NCBI GenBank assembly: GCA_964016885.1
Contig: OZ024740.1
Location: 289,354,001 to 289,418,000 of the forward strand
Source of the DNA: Eledone cirrhosa
Taxonomy: Eukaryota
Length of the DNA: 64,000 nucleotides
Reading direction: 5' to 3'
The notes under the pieces were generated by a model. It was not told the origin of the DNA. It made no database searches and worked only from the letters and a program-made list of their open reading frames with translations. The position numbers and the translations under genes are program-made. Below, piece after piece: positions 42,264 to 56,785 of the stretch. Position 1 is the first letter of the stretch. Each line of letters begins with the position of its first letter.

Positions 42264-42669
42264 ATACATACATACATGCATACATACCCACATACATACA
42301 TACATACAAACATACATACATACAAACATACATACATACAAATGCATGTATGTATGTATGTATGCATGCATGTATGTATGTGGGTATGTGTGACTGTCTG
42401 TCTGTCTGTATGTATGTATGTATGCATGTATGTTTGTATGTATGTATGTATGTATGTATGCATGTATGTATGTATGCATGCATGTATGTATGTGGGTATG
42501 TGTGTCTGTCTGTCTGTTTGTATGTATGTATGAATGCATGCATGTATGTATCTATGTATGTATGTATGCATGTGGGTATGTTGTATGTGTGTTTGTATGG
42601 ATGGATGGATGTAGGCTTGTATGTATGTATGTATGTGTCTTTGTGTGTGTGTGTACGCATGTATGTATG

Positions 42670-42703
<34 letters not shown>

Positions 42704-43641
42704 TGTATGTATGTATGTATGTATGTATGTATGTGTCTTTGTGTGTATGTGTACGCATGTATGTATGTATGTATGTATGTATGTATGTATGTATGTATGT
42801 ATGCATGTATGTATGTATGCATGCATTTGTGTCTGTCTGTCTGTCTGTATGTATGTATGTATGTATGTATGTATGTATGTATGTATGTATGTATGTATGT
42901 ATGTATGTATGTATGTATGTATGTATGTATGTATGTATGTATGTAGGTAGGTAGGTATATGTGCTTGTATGTACGTTCGTGCGTGCATGTGTGCGTGTAT
43001 TTTCGTACACCCAGCTAAAACTCTACCCTGCTGCAGGTAGCGACAAATTATGCACATGCGCCGTTTACTGCACATATATGGCATACTTCTTGCTTCCTCG
43101 TATTGATGATGTAATATATGCACAGACGCACACACATCCTCACACACACACATACATACATACATACATACATACATACATACATACATGCATACACACA
43201 CACGTACATACATACACACACACACGTACATACATACATATATACATACATAAATACATACATACATATATACATACATAAATACATATAACATATATAC
43301 ATACATAAATACATACATATATATATACCTACATATATACATACATACACACACACGTACATACATACATATATACATACATAAATACATACATACATAT
43401 ATACATACATAAATACATACATATATATATATACCTACATATATACATACATACACACACACGTACATACATACATATATACATACATAAATACATACAT
43501 ACATATATACATACATAAATACATATATATATATACCTACATATATACATACATTACATACATATATGTATACATACTTACACACACGTGTATGTGTATA
43601 CGTGTGTGCAATTGCAGATGTGTATGTTGAAGTGTATCGGA

Positions 43642-43887
43642 GATTGCATATATACAGATATGCATGTAGTTATATACGTGTACCTGTGCTTATGTCATTA
43701 TGATTGCATATATACAGATATGCATGTAGTTATATACGTGTACCTGTGCTTATGTCATTATGATTGCATATATACAGATATGCATGTAGTTATATACGTG
43801 TACCTGTGCTTATGTCATTATGATTGCATATATACAGATATGCATGTAGTTATATACGTGTACCTGTGCTTATGTCATCATGATTGC
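43642..43887. repeat. 60-bp minisatellite x4
   Basis: Unit gattgcatatatacagatatgcatgtagttatatacgtgtacctgtgcttatgtcattat. Confidence 0.95.
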
Positions 43888-44149
43888 TTTCTATTTGCAG
43901 CCATACCATCGTAAATATGTCAGTGATGTTTCTGGGTACCGAAATCACGTGTGCTAAGAATATTTTAACATTTTATTTACAGAATGTCATATAATTTAAC
44001 TCATATGTTTTGTCATATATGCTTAATATGGTTATCACTGTTACTATGAATTATGTCATAAATTTACTGCCATAATCTACCACTCTATTTATATGGATAT
44101 ATCTAATGACATTGGTTATATTTTATAGGTGTAATGTTCTATGATGTTA

Positions 44150-45330
44150 ATTCAGACTCCTGCATTCCATCACTCGTGAACACGGCTCCTAGATACTCGA
44201 ACTTTCTACCTGCTTCAGTGCAACTCCTCCCTTCACATGTAGAGTGCACTGCGCAGGCTTCCTTGGGAGGACGAGTGCCTCAGTTTCCGCAACACTGATT
44301 TTCATTCCAGTCATGCACCACTCGGCATCAAACCTATCAAGAGCAAGTCGGAGATCAGCTTCTCTGTTCCTGAATCCTCTTATACCGTGTATATTTTTGG
44401 ATGTCCTTGTCCTGGAAGAAGGTGTTCATAAAAGAGAGTCCATTGCTAGCTCAGAAGTCTACTAAGGCCTCTCCATTCGTATTTAGATCGGGGGTCGCCA
44501 TTCCTTTCAATCACTCCTTTCCATGTCAGGTGGTCAGTGCCAACATGTACATTGAAGTCTCCCATCAAGATATATGATTCAGTCTTAACTACTTCTAATG
44601 CTGCAGTGACTTCACCAAGGAAGGGCTTGTATTCGGACTCCTTGTTTGGAGCATAAACTTGTACCCGCCACATAGACTTATCTTTCAGCCTAAGCTTCAA
44701 GAAGCAAATCCTCCCTCCTAATGGGATCCTGTCCATAAACCATTCTGACAGCTGGGGGCTTGTAAGTATCCTCACTCCTGCCTGTACAGTCATTTCTGGT
44801 GCCACACCTGAATAGTGGAATTTCCATCCCCCCATCCAAATCTAGAGTATCAGAGCCATGGAACTGAGGAAACCCAGACTATATCTAGCCGGTAGCATCT
44901 AGCCTTCTCCATTGGTTCCTGCTCCTTACCTGTAAGGGTTGTGATGTTCCAGGTTCCAACTGTTAAGATTTTCTCCCTTCAAGACTCTCTTTAGGGTCTC
45001 GGGATATGCAGTTTTTGTGGCATGAAATGGAGACTGCATTATATTTTTCGAACAGGCCCCTCTACCTAAGGTCTGAACGCGTCCCTTGTTAACCCGCACC
45101 CGCACGAAGGACGATGCAGTATGACCTTTCTTTGTTTTCCTAATCATATTGCAGTTTCAGTTTCAGTGGTCGCGCCAGGCACCCATTTGGTATTTTGTCA
45201 AACCCGCGAAGACTCGGCTTTTTTAGAAGCGGCCTTTACTTGCCTGGTTGTAGATACGTCATTGGGCTGTGAGAGTTTTCTTGGGAGTTACAGGTGTCAC
45301 CCATTGCTCCATCTCCTCTAGTAGTTTACC
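44150..45330 (-). pseudogene. Decayed RTE LINE, 5' part (APE + RT fragment)
   Basis: WKFHYSGV...VQVYAPN...MGDFNVHVG; KQVEKFEYLG. Confidence 0.8.
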
Positions 45331-45419
45331 GCTGTTGTTCCAGGGCTGCTTATTCTTCCGGTGGTTGCCCGCTTATACCGCAACTAGCCATCATATCTGG
45401 TAACCATATCGTTATGCAC

Positions 45420-46162
45420 CACATGCGACCTGTTCTTTAGCAGAACAGCTCTGACGAATTGCAAGAGCTGGTGCAGTAGTGCGACACATTTAGCATACAG
45501 TAATCAGAAGAATAGAGGTTGGCGTAAACGCTGAACTCCCAATCTTCAATTCGGTATTCGTGCCAGCCCTTATCTATAGTCATAAATCTTGGGTAATGAC
45601 CGAAAGAATATGAAAACGAATACAAGCGGCCGAAAGGGGGTTCTTCCGAAGGGTCTTTGGAGTAACGTTATTCGATAGAGTACGTAGCTCGGAGAACGTC
45701 ACTCCAGGCAGAGCCGCTACTTCTCTGAATTGAGAGATCACATCTCCAATACTATGGGCATGTTATTAGAATGTTTCAGGAAAGAATAGCTGGACAGATT
45801 TTACAGGCAAAACCAACTGGCAGGAGACCCAGGAGTAGAACCCCTGCAAGAAGGTTGGATAACATCCATAAGCCTGGCTGGTCTCCAGTCGGGGCATCCA
45901 GTCCGGGCATCTAGTCGGATCAGTTGGAGACAGTTACTTCTGACAGGACCCGCTGGAAAGAGTGTTTGAGGATTTTGTTCTCACGATCTTTTCAGGAATA
46001 ATTGGGCGAAGAAGAAGATTCTAACTCGCTTGAGGATCTAGTCAGATCGATTGGAGACGGTTGCTTCTGATGGGACCCTCTGGAACGGGTATCTGGGGAC
46101 TCTATCCCAATAACTCTGCCAGGAAAGAAGAAGAAGAAGAAGAAGAAGAAGAAGAAGAAGAA
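45420..46162 (+). pseudogene. Decayed RTE 3' fragment with (GAA)n tail
   Basis: Homologous to 29100-29595. Confidence 0.6.
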
Positions 46163-46541
46163 ATGTTCTAGGTATAATGTATGATATATGTAATCTTAAT
46201 ATTTTGGACGTTATATATTTTCGATATGTTTTTAGTATCATATTTAATACCAAATGTTCAATGTGATACGCTTGATCATCATATGTTGATTTGATGTGTT
46301 TAGTGTGATATATTTTCATATCATGTTTAGAATGATATGCTGAATGCCACGCACTTTAAAATGTAGAGTAAATGCGATATGTTTAACATCTTATTTCTAA
46401 AATAAATTGTTAAATGTGATATGCTCATAGCCACATCTTCAATGTTTCATGTTTAATAGCAAGTTTGAAGTTTTATCGTAAATATATGATTCGCGTGGCG
46501 TGTTTAATGTTATTTTTAAGGTGATATGTTAACGTCCTATA

Positions 46542-46640
46542 TAGGGTGTCCCCTAAAATGTATACATGCTTTGATTACCTGTACAGGCAATATTTATTGA
46601 AATGCTGTTAAAGTTTGTATACATTTTCTGGGACACCCTG
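46542..46640. mobile_element. Tc1/mariner-type MITE
   Basis: TIRs AGGGTGTCCCCTAAAATGTATACA / TGTATACATTTTCTGGGACACCCT. Confidence 0.7.
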
Positions 46641-46962
46641 CATTTAACACCATGTTTAGCTTAAGAAAACTTACTATCTATGATTTTCAAATAAATTTGA
46701 AAAATCATTAGGTTTTTGCACCGATTTGGTAAAATAACTAACTTTCTCATCATCAAGCTGGTGTTTAGAGTATAACTTAACGAATTTTCTTGAATAATAT
46801 TATGATGGAGGGCTTTGAAATAATTATACACATTTTATAACAAATAGTTTTGTATTATAGAACCAGTTCGTTTTCCATATTGTGTTTTCATTCGATTGAA
46901 ATGTGTGATACCTTGTGTCTTCTCCTATAACCCCGAGTTAATCGATGGCTTATGAGTAATTT

Positions 46963-47162
46963 NNNNNNNNNNNNNNNNNNNNNNNNNNNNNNNNNNNNNN
47001 NNNNNNNNNNNNNNNNNNNNNNNNNNNNNNNNNNNNNNNNNNNNNNNNNNNNNNNNNNNNNNNNNNNNNNNNNNNNNNNNNNNNNNNNNNNNNNNNNNNN
47101 NNNNNNNNNNNNNNNNNNNNNNNNNNNNNNNNNNNNNNNNNNNNNNNNNNNNNNNNNNNNNN
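46963..47162. other. Assembly gap (200 N)
   Basis: Direct reading. Confidence 1.
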
Positions 47163-48739
47163 TAGTTGTTGGCATTTTACTAAGAGGTAGACGCAGCTAA
47201 CTCGAATCGGTTTAGGAGATTACTTCACAATTATTAGTTCCCAGATTCCATCCTAGTGCGTGGCGTCTCGAGTGTGTGTTATTTACTGAACTTGAACAGA
47301 CGGAATCTATTTGGAAGAGCAATGGATGGACTGTACCTGTATTTCAATATGCCAGACTTATTGAGTGCTATCATTCTAAATTTTTCTGAGAATTACATTA
47401 AGGATAACCATGTCTATGAAATGCCTAGTCATTTACATGTCAATTTCATGGAACACTGATCGGCGAAAGCAACGCTGGTCCATTCCATTTCACCAAAGAA
47501 AGATGACATCTATAAGTAGATGTTCAGACTTAGAAATTCGACCAATCGGAATACAATTGCAATTATATGGCAAATATCTCCTGTTATTCTCTCCCACACT
47601 ACACATTCTCCTGCCTGCAATTAATTGTTTGGATGGTAGACTTAATCTGTCGCCTGGTTTAACACCGCCACCTAACTCTTGGCTCTTTTTAGGTGAATTC
47701 CCACTATCTCTGTTAGAAGTATTCTGGTCAAGTGCCAGGTTTGATGACACCTATACCCACCCCTTCCATTAGTCTCGGAGGCACTACAACCATAAAAGGG
47801 TAATGGCTGCTACTTTCCTCCTGATTGAGGGATAAAAACAAAAAACAAAAACAAACAACAATCTAACTACTTGCTGTAAAGGGAACTCGCAATGAATCTT
47901 AGAAACAGTTTTTATTTCTGCTAGAATGAGTACACAGCGAAATGACGAGCGAGAGGTGCCAACCATTTCGACAGTCACCTATTTCACTTAAGATCTAAGC
48001 AAGCGAAAATAAAGGCCAGATAATTTACTTGCATTGATTTTTATAGTTACTCTCATGCCGAACTGGCAGAAAACGGAATACTCTTGGTTTTTAGAAAATA
48101 TTATTAACTAGGCGGTGGATTGGCTGAGCTGTTAGGGCGTCTGATAAATTTTCGGTATTTTATCCGGCTACCTGTATTCTGAGATCAAATCCCGCCAAGG
48201 TCAACTGTGCTTTTCATTCTTGCAAAGGTAAAAAAATAAAGTACCAAACTAAAGGTGTTGGATTGGTGGAATTGGTAAAAAATCACTCAGTATGACTTTT
48301 TTGTATCTGATTCTGCTCTGTGAGTTAGGAGTTCAAATCGTACCTACTTCTTCTAGGAAGTGTGACAGGTAGATAGTATCAGCAATAGAAAGACCAATGT
48401 TAACGTCCCTTTGGTTCAATCTGAAGATCGGCTTTTATTTTTAGTGAGTGAAGCCCATGATCTTTGCTGGCTCTAGACGGACAGACAAAAATGATGTGGC
48501 TAAGTTTAGCTTAAACCTGTTACACCACTAGCTATTATGTTTATATAGGTTTCGCATAGTGCCGCATGGTTAAGAAGTTCGCTTTGCAATAACGTGGTTC
48601 AGGATTCAATTAGTATCTTCTTCCATAGCCCCTGTATAACCAAAGTCTTGTGAAGGAAACTACGTGGAAGCTCGTTGGATACATACATGGCAGCTATCTC
48701 GTGCCTGCGTATAGCCATCGCTTGGAATTTTCAAACAAG

Positions 48740-49225
48740 CTTTTGCATGTGACCTTTTACGCTAGCAAGAGTCCTACATTCTCTGGCACAGGTATTTCAC
48801 ACTTGGTCTTTGGCAAAAAAGAAAATCGGTAGTTGGTTACCATGTACTTTCATGTGCCGCCTCAAGCCCCTTGCTGATTGGCAGACTTTACCACATAGAT
48901 GGCATATTGTTATACCATACACACCAACGTAATCTGCAACAGCCCTTTTTACAAGGCTCCTTTTGTGACTCTTTAATCGAGCTTTGATGAGGCAGGCTTT
49001 CCCACACTCATTGCATGTCAGCTCACCTTGGTCTCTCCCATTTCATGGCAATTGAACTCCAAAGTCCTTCTTCACATCTCTTTTTAACCTTTCATAATTT
49101 ATTTGAACTGTTTCAAAGAGTACTTTCTTTGCATATACAGCTTCCCTCCACAAAGTTCGACCATTGACGCTTGTTCTCCGTCCCCACCGGAGATATCAAG
49201 TTTCATCAAAGAAGTTTTCACATAA
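48740..49225 (-). pseudogene. Decayed RTE C-terminus with C2H2 fingers
   Basis: Minus translation CNECGKAC...LKSH and CHLCGKVCQSARGLRRHMKVH. Confidence 0.7.
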
Positions 49226-49366
49226 ATACAAATACACATACATACATATATATAATATATATATATATGTGTGTATGTGTAATATATGTAATATATACGT
49301 ATATTTAATATATGTAATATATACATATATGTAATATATGTAATATATACATATATGTAATATATG

Positions 49367-49426
<60 letters not shown>

Positions 49427-49427
<1 letters not shown>

Positions 49428-50075
49428 ATATACTGAGTTAGAAACTTAAAATAGCCTCTTACAATTAAATAACTCTAAGAAAGAAGTTTTTCTGAGCCGT
49501 GTAATAGTTATATAAGAGAGATAAACACAAATATAAACATACATGTGTTCGAATTGTAAAGGACCAGGTTTGCTAGGGTGAAAAAATACTAACTGTAACA
49601 GTATGGTTTGCCAGAATTAATTTAAAGTAGTAAATTAAGAAAAAGAATAACAAACCTATATTGGACAACAGCCTGAAAACCCCTAGACAGTTATAGAAAC
49701 TAGACAGTTATAGAAACTGTTTTGCAAAAATTATATTAAGCGAAGGCATCACCAACTCTCTGCTCATCAGTAGGTGTGAAAAAACTAGTGACCCTTCCAC
49801 TTCTAAAAATCTTAGAAGACTGAATTGTGTGCGATATGAAATAACGCACATGTCTTCGGAGCCTAGCTTGTCTCGAAAACGTATGCCGCTAAAAATAGCA
49901 GCCTGGTTAACACGACATTAAAATTAGCTCAACATGATGGAGCCCACAATCATATACTGAGTTAGAAACTCAAACTAGTCTCTTACAATTAAATAGCTCT
50001 AAGAAAGACGTTTTTCTGAGCCGTGTAATATAATTGAACATACAAGAGAGATAAACACAAATATAAACATATATA
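49427..50075 (-). mobile_element. PLE pLTR / retrozyme-like unit (~524-bp period, partial tandem) in (TA)n
   Basis: catatactgagttagaaact... at 49427 and 49951; mutated hammerhead at 49681-49774. Confidence 0.6.
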
Positions 50076-50410
50076 TATATATACAGACACATATAATTTC
50101 AATGAGATCGTATTTTAGCGGTGGCCAAAACAAAACGAAACGCAATCTTCGTGATTAGCCGGCCAGCGCTCAATGGATTATGAATAAACCAGAGCAATAA
50201 CATATAACATGCGTTATAAAGGCCAGAAAATTGAAAATGGTGGTTGTGAAGACACAAGCCACGATAGCCGAAAAAACGAATAAGCTAAACACATCCTTAC
50301 CGTATTCTAGTGGACTGTTGGGGTGCCACAGATCACCTGACAACCAGCTCTTTCCCTTCCTCTCACCTCTCCGCCCTCCTCATGGTTCCACCCAGCCTCA
50401 TGCCTGTCCA

Positions 50411-50481
<71 letters not shown>

Positions 50482-50832
50482 ACTGTTTCTACTTTAGGCA
50501 CAAGGCCAGCAATTACCCAGTGCATTACTGGTACTTTATTTTATCGACCCCGTATATATAACAAAGGAATTGTGGTAAGGAACCAAATGGACCATAACGC
50601 ACCAGAGTACTCAATAATTAGGGTAGTAGAGTGGGAAATAGGAAAAAGTATGACCCCGACGGCAGAGCTCAAGCCGTTTCGACGGCTATTTCTGAACCTG
50701 GGTGTAACCAGGAAGTATATTTTATCGATGCACTGATTCTGTCAATCAAGCCACACTACCTCCACATGTACATACATACATTTACTTATATATATATATG
50801 TGCGTGTGCCTGTGTAAGTATATATATATATA

Positions 50833-50950
50833 GGAAGAAGTATGACCTCCGACGGCAGAGCTCAAGCCGTTTCGACGGTTATTTCTGGACTAAATTAGAA
50901 TTTTTAGCCTGGTGAATAAATAGCCGAACTTTTCAAGGGGGTACTTCCTT
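50833..50950 (-). ncRNA. Type I hammerhead ribozyme, U3-A8 variant (inverted copy)
   Basis: Reverse complement of 52156-52270 with minor changes. Confidence 0.65.
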
Positions 50951-52155
50951 ATATGGGAAGATTGTAGTTGTCAAGAGGATTGGTTAAAATTTGTTGTAAA
51001 CACAAATAAGTCTATCATGGCATTTGGTGGGAGGTAGGGGTGGCTGAACTTGCCTGTAGAACAATAGGGGAGTGAGTGGAGCGGTCAAGCGTTGAAAGTG
51101 ATATGTATACATCAGATTCTAAGGATAGTGTATGAAGTGAGGGAGGGATGTTATAGAATAGGTAAATCGAAAGAGAGTAGGAGACAATAAAAGATACGAA
51201 CCCGGTTCGGCGACATGCCACTACACTTTCGGGCCACATCTGGGACTCCTAGATAACATATAACCTACAATCTCACTTGGAGTTTACTGTAGGGAGCTAA
51301 CTCTTACACGGGAGGACGCCGTCCGTGTAACTTATGCTCGGAGGAAACATTACAAATGGTGTTTTCGAAGGACCAACTCCTAAACAAGAAAGATGAACTG
51401 GTAACCGCATGCAAACTCAGATTGCCTAGCACTTACCTCGCCCTCAAACCCTATAACGACCCGGGTGGGTAGACAAAGACTGATACCCCCCCTCCCCCAC
51501 ACACACACTTGCCGAATAAGTTAGGGGAAACCCCAGCTTACATAGGTAAATGTATCTCTTTTCTTTTCCTCTTTGTCTCCTTCTTCCCCCTGTCTCATCC
51601 TATCACTTCCTTCCACCCCCTATTTTCTTCCTCGTCTGCTTCCCCCTTTCGCCTACCCCGATGCAGCCCATCGAGCCTTGTAGCATCAGTTTTCCCACCC
51701 CTGTTATTTTAACATAGAATTGGCCGAATACGTTTTACTAACTACTTATAGCAGATGCGTTAACACCCCTTTAAGTTTGTATCTGTTTTGTAATTTCTAT
51801 AAGTTTTTTTCTATTCTCAACTTATTAACCTGTAATTGTAAGATAGTATTGTGATTTCTTTATTCATTCCTCACTATGTAATATTATATTTTTTAATTTC
51901 TTTCTAGTATCTTTTATTGTCGCCTACTCTCTTTCGATTTACCTATTCTATAACATCCCTCCCCCACTTCATACACTATCCTTAGAATCTGATGTATACA
52001 TATCACTTTCAACGCTTGACCAGCTCCACTCACTCCTCTATTGTTCTACAGGCAAGTTCAGCCACCCCTACCTCCCACCAAATACCATGATAGACTTATT
52101 TGTGTTTACAACAATTTTTAACCAATCCTCTTGACAACTACAATCTTCCCATATA

Positions 52156-52269
52156 AGGAAGTACCCCCTTGAAAAGTTCGGCTATTTATTCACCAGGCTA
52201 AAAATTCTAATTTAGTCCAGAAATAGCCGTCGAAACGGCTTGAGCTCTGCCGTCGGGGTCATATTTCTT

Positions 52270-52270
<1 letters not shown>
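52156..52270 (+). ncRNA. Type I hammerhead ribozyme, U3-A8 variant
   Basis: cccc TTGAAAA g..cggctattt...aaatagccg.c GAAA cggc-ttgagctct-gccg TC gggg. Confidence 0.75.
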
Positions 52271-52334
<64 letters not shown>

Positions 52335-53214
52335 TTACACAGGCACACGCACATATATATATATACGTAAATGTATGTATGTACATGTGGAGGTAGTGTG
52401 GCTTGATTGACAGAATCAGTGCAACGATAAAATATACTTCCTGGTTACACCCAGGTTCACTTTGCCATTCCATCTTGCGAAATAGTTGAAATAAGTGTTT
52501 GGATCAATATAAATAACAAACCAATGAAAGAGACCATGGGCGTAGTATTTGACAATACTTTGTACTCTATATGTTATCAGTATTTAATTACTTTTTAATT
52601 GCTATTTATTACAACTATATATTGCAGAAGATAGGTTGTTTATACACAGTTTTTATGTTGTAACTTCTTGTGGATAAGCCAGTCCGAGCGATCCAAAAGC
52701 ACTTCACGTCAGTAGTTTATCCCAGCTAAGAATTGGTGATTAGGAGTGATGGAGTATTCATTTATCAAATAAGGATGGTTATACATGGCCAGCAGCATAT
52801 TCCAATGATTTCATAGCTACACCTATGATTCCGTAAGCATCAGATGAAGTCACATGCATAACCATATAACAGAAATATATGTCATACAATAAAGCAACTA
52901 TGGTGAAACAATCCCATCTTATCTACTCTTATTTGATATTATATCTATATATGTAGGTTGATATCTCCTGGAAAAACAAGACGTAAACGAGCCAATGAGG
53001 AGACCTCTACGTGGTCGTCCGTTATGCTAGAAGTAGTAGGCAAATCTCCTTCATCTAATATTTACAAAAAATAGCAAGAAAAATATAGAGTAATGTACAC
53101 CTAGATATACTTCTATGACATCCTAAAAGTAACTGCCATCTTGCCTTTATTTAATGTTTCAAAAATGTATAAGAAAACGTATTGAATAACGTATTCCTAG
53201 ATGTATTGCATCTA

Positions 53215-53505
53215 GGTTGTGAGTTCGATTCTCGGACCGGGTGATCCCTTGTGTCCTTGAGAAAGACACTTTATTCCACGTTGCTCCAGTTTACTCAGCT
53301 GCAGAAATGAGTTGCGACGTCACTGGTGCCAAGCTGTATCGGTCATTGCCTTTACCTTGGACAACATCGGTGGTGTGGAGAGGAGAGACTGGTTTGCATG
53401 AGCGACTACTGTTCTTCCACAAACGAACTTGTCCGGACTTGTGCCTCGGAGGGAAACTTTCTAGGTGCAAAAACATGGTCATTCGTGACCGAGTGGGGCC
53501 TTTGA
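53215..53505 (+). mobile_element. SINE family C
   Basis: Reverse complement of 10250-10540. Confidence 0.75.
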
Positions 53506-53569
53506 TTGCATGCATGATCCCGTGACCCCTGATGGCGTTTCTAAGGCACTTTGAGCCTGGTGGAGCTCA

Positions 53570-53790
53570 TCCCTCTTCAGGTCTGAACACAGCAGATTTC
53601 TTCTAGAGAAGGATAGAAAGTGAGAGAATGGAAGTGAGAAAGAGATATACAGGTAGAATCGATTAGACTGGTACTTTCTTATCGACCGCGAAAGGGTGAA
53701 AGGTAATATCACCGGGATTTGAACTCACAGAGCAGAGAGCTGAAACGAATACCGCAAAGCATTTTTCGATGTTCAAAAGACTCTGGCAAT
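53570..53790 (-). mobile_element. Diverged SINE (family A-related)
   Basis: Similar to 56560-56785. Confidence 0.6.
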
Positions 53791-54224
53791 GTTGCCTTTC
53801 TTTGATAAATTACGCTTGCAAAATATCAACGTAATGTTCCTAGTTGGAGATTCTTTGATCATATTTTTTCTAGATTATGGATAACCTGGGACTGAACAAC
53901 ATCAAGAGCAGCTTGACTCAGAAAAAATTCCAAGAGATTACAGATCTTGATATGGATTGGAAAAGTGTTTAATGCCGGATTTGCTGACTGCAAAACAGCA
54001 GGATGATGATAGAAAGAGATGGAAGAGGAGACAGATAGAAACGTGGGTGTTACGTGGACATGGATAGAATGTAGGAGTAGAAGAAAGAAACAGTATATCT
54101 GTGAGCTAGTGCGTTGTGGGCGTATAACTTGTAGTCAGATGGCTTTTTTTAATTATAAATATTGCTGCATATGATATTTCTTTATGTAATAAAGGAGTCA
54201 ATACACACACAGACACACACACGC

Positions 54225-55407
<1,183 letters not shown>

Positions 55408-55737
55408 TATATATATATATTATAAGTTAATAGACATTCTTAATTGCTTTTTAGTGTTATGTGAACAAGGATTGAATAGTGAATATGTATTAATATTTTG
55501 ATAACAGAGCCGCTTTTGTGTAGATATAAGAGAAGTTGAATTACCTTGTATATTTGCGCAAATTCCATTATTTTTCTAACAATTCTGTGTGTATGTGTGT
55601 GTGAGATTGTGTGTGTGTGCGCGCGCATTGGCCATCCGTCAGTTCCAATGATGAGCATTTTAGTTCTTTTACAGCCTGTTCGTGATATTAACATGCAAGT
55701 GGCTGAGCATTCGACAGATACGTCTTCCCACAATATA

Positions 55738-56086
55738 CCGTATTTCTCGCCGTCGAAGACGCTACTTTTTCCCTAAAATAAGTCTAAAAAATCTACCATG
55801 CGTCCTGGAGGCCGAAGGTTGTTTATTATTTTTTTTTCAAAAGGCGGTGTATTGGTAGTATCGGTAGAGGGTCGGACGCCATGCTTTATGATCTGAGTTC
55901 AAATCCCGCTGAGGTTAACTTTCCCTTTCATCCTTATAGGGTGATAAAATGAAGTACCAGTAATGCACTGGGATAATTACTGGCCTTGTGCCAAAAGTAG
56001 AAACAATTATTTTTTTTCAAATGTTTGTTTGCCCAAATTAGGGTACGTCCACGAGGACGAAGCATCTTCGGCGCCGGGAAATACGG
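55738..56086. mobile_element. pogo/Tc2-like MITE with TA TSD; interrupts a family B SINE and contains a family A SINE (55843-56010, +)
   Basis: TA|CCGTATTTCTCGCCGTCGAAGACGCT ... AGCATCTTCGGCGCCGGGAAATACGG|TA. Confidence 0.8.
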
Positions 56087-56559
56087 TAATTCTCAGATAA
56101 ATCCAGCATGACTCAGTGTTATTTATGACTGGATATTTGAACCACTGGTGTAACTCATTTTCTTTATCTAAGTAGACTGGAGCAACGGGAAAGATAATGA
56201 CTTGCTCAAGGATACAATGCACCACCGTGAGCGGAACATTTTAACCACTAACTAACACATCTTTACTCACATATACACACGTAAATGACAGACAGAAATA
56301 GACAACACACACAAACATACACACACAAACACAAACACATAAACACAAAAAAACAACAAAAAAACAGAGGCTCACCCACACAAACACACCCTTCTAGGGG
56401 TTATATCACCAGAACTGTTATAAAGCACTGTTATAAAGCAGTGGGTCTTATAATACATTTATGTAGATTGTTATGTGTATGTATGGTCCTGTGACTCCTG
56501 ATAGAGGGGCGCCATATTGACATGCGGCGTTTTGGGGGCATTTTAAGCCTGGTGAATCC

Positions 56560-56785
56560 CATCCCTCTCCAGGCCTGAGTACATCAGATTTCTTCCAGAA
56601 AAGGATAGAAAGTGAGAGAGAGATATACAGGAAGGATCGACCCCAGTACTAGACTGGTACTTTTTTTATCGACCTCGAAATGATGAAAGGCAAAGTTGAT
56701 CTCGGCGGTGTTTGAACCCAGAGAGCTGGAAAGAATACCGTAAAGCATTCTATTCGACGCTCTAACGATTCTGCCAATCACTGCC
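56560..56785 (-). mobile_element. SINE (family A-related)
   Basis: ctggtactt..tatcgacc...gatgaaaggcaaag. Confidence 0.7.

Larger units (their letters stand above)
36795..42960. repeat. Extended (TATG)n field interrupted by R4 and RTE insertions
   Basis: Direct reading; contains re-duplicated blocks. Confidence 0.9.
50556..52459 (+). mobile_element. Penelope-like element remnant with large inverted repeat
   Basis: 51198-51430 encodes TTLSGHIW...W...ANSY...CNLCSEE...LLNKKDELVTACK, resembling the PLE endonuclease C-terminus (with stops). 50693-51197 is an inverted copy of 51907-52459. Confidence 0.8.

Noticed and set aside
43642-43887. 60-bp repeat as a CRISPR or coding repeat
   Set aside because: No spacers; a simple minisatellite.
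47256-47978. Short ORFs in unique-looking sequence as host exons
   Set aside because: No recognisable domain or consistent splice pattern; cannot be excluded without RNA-seq.
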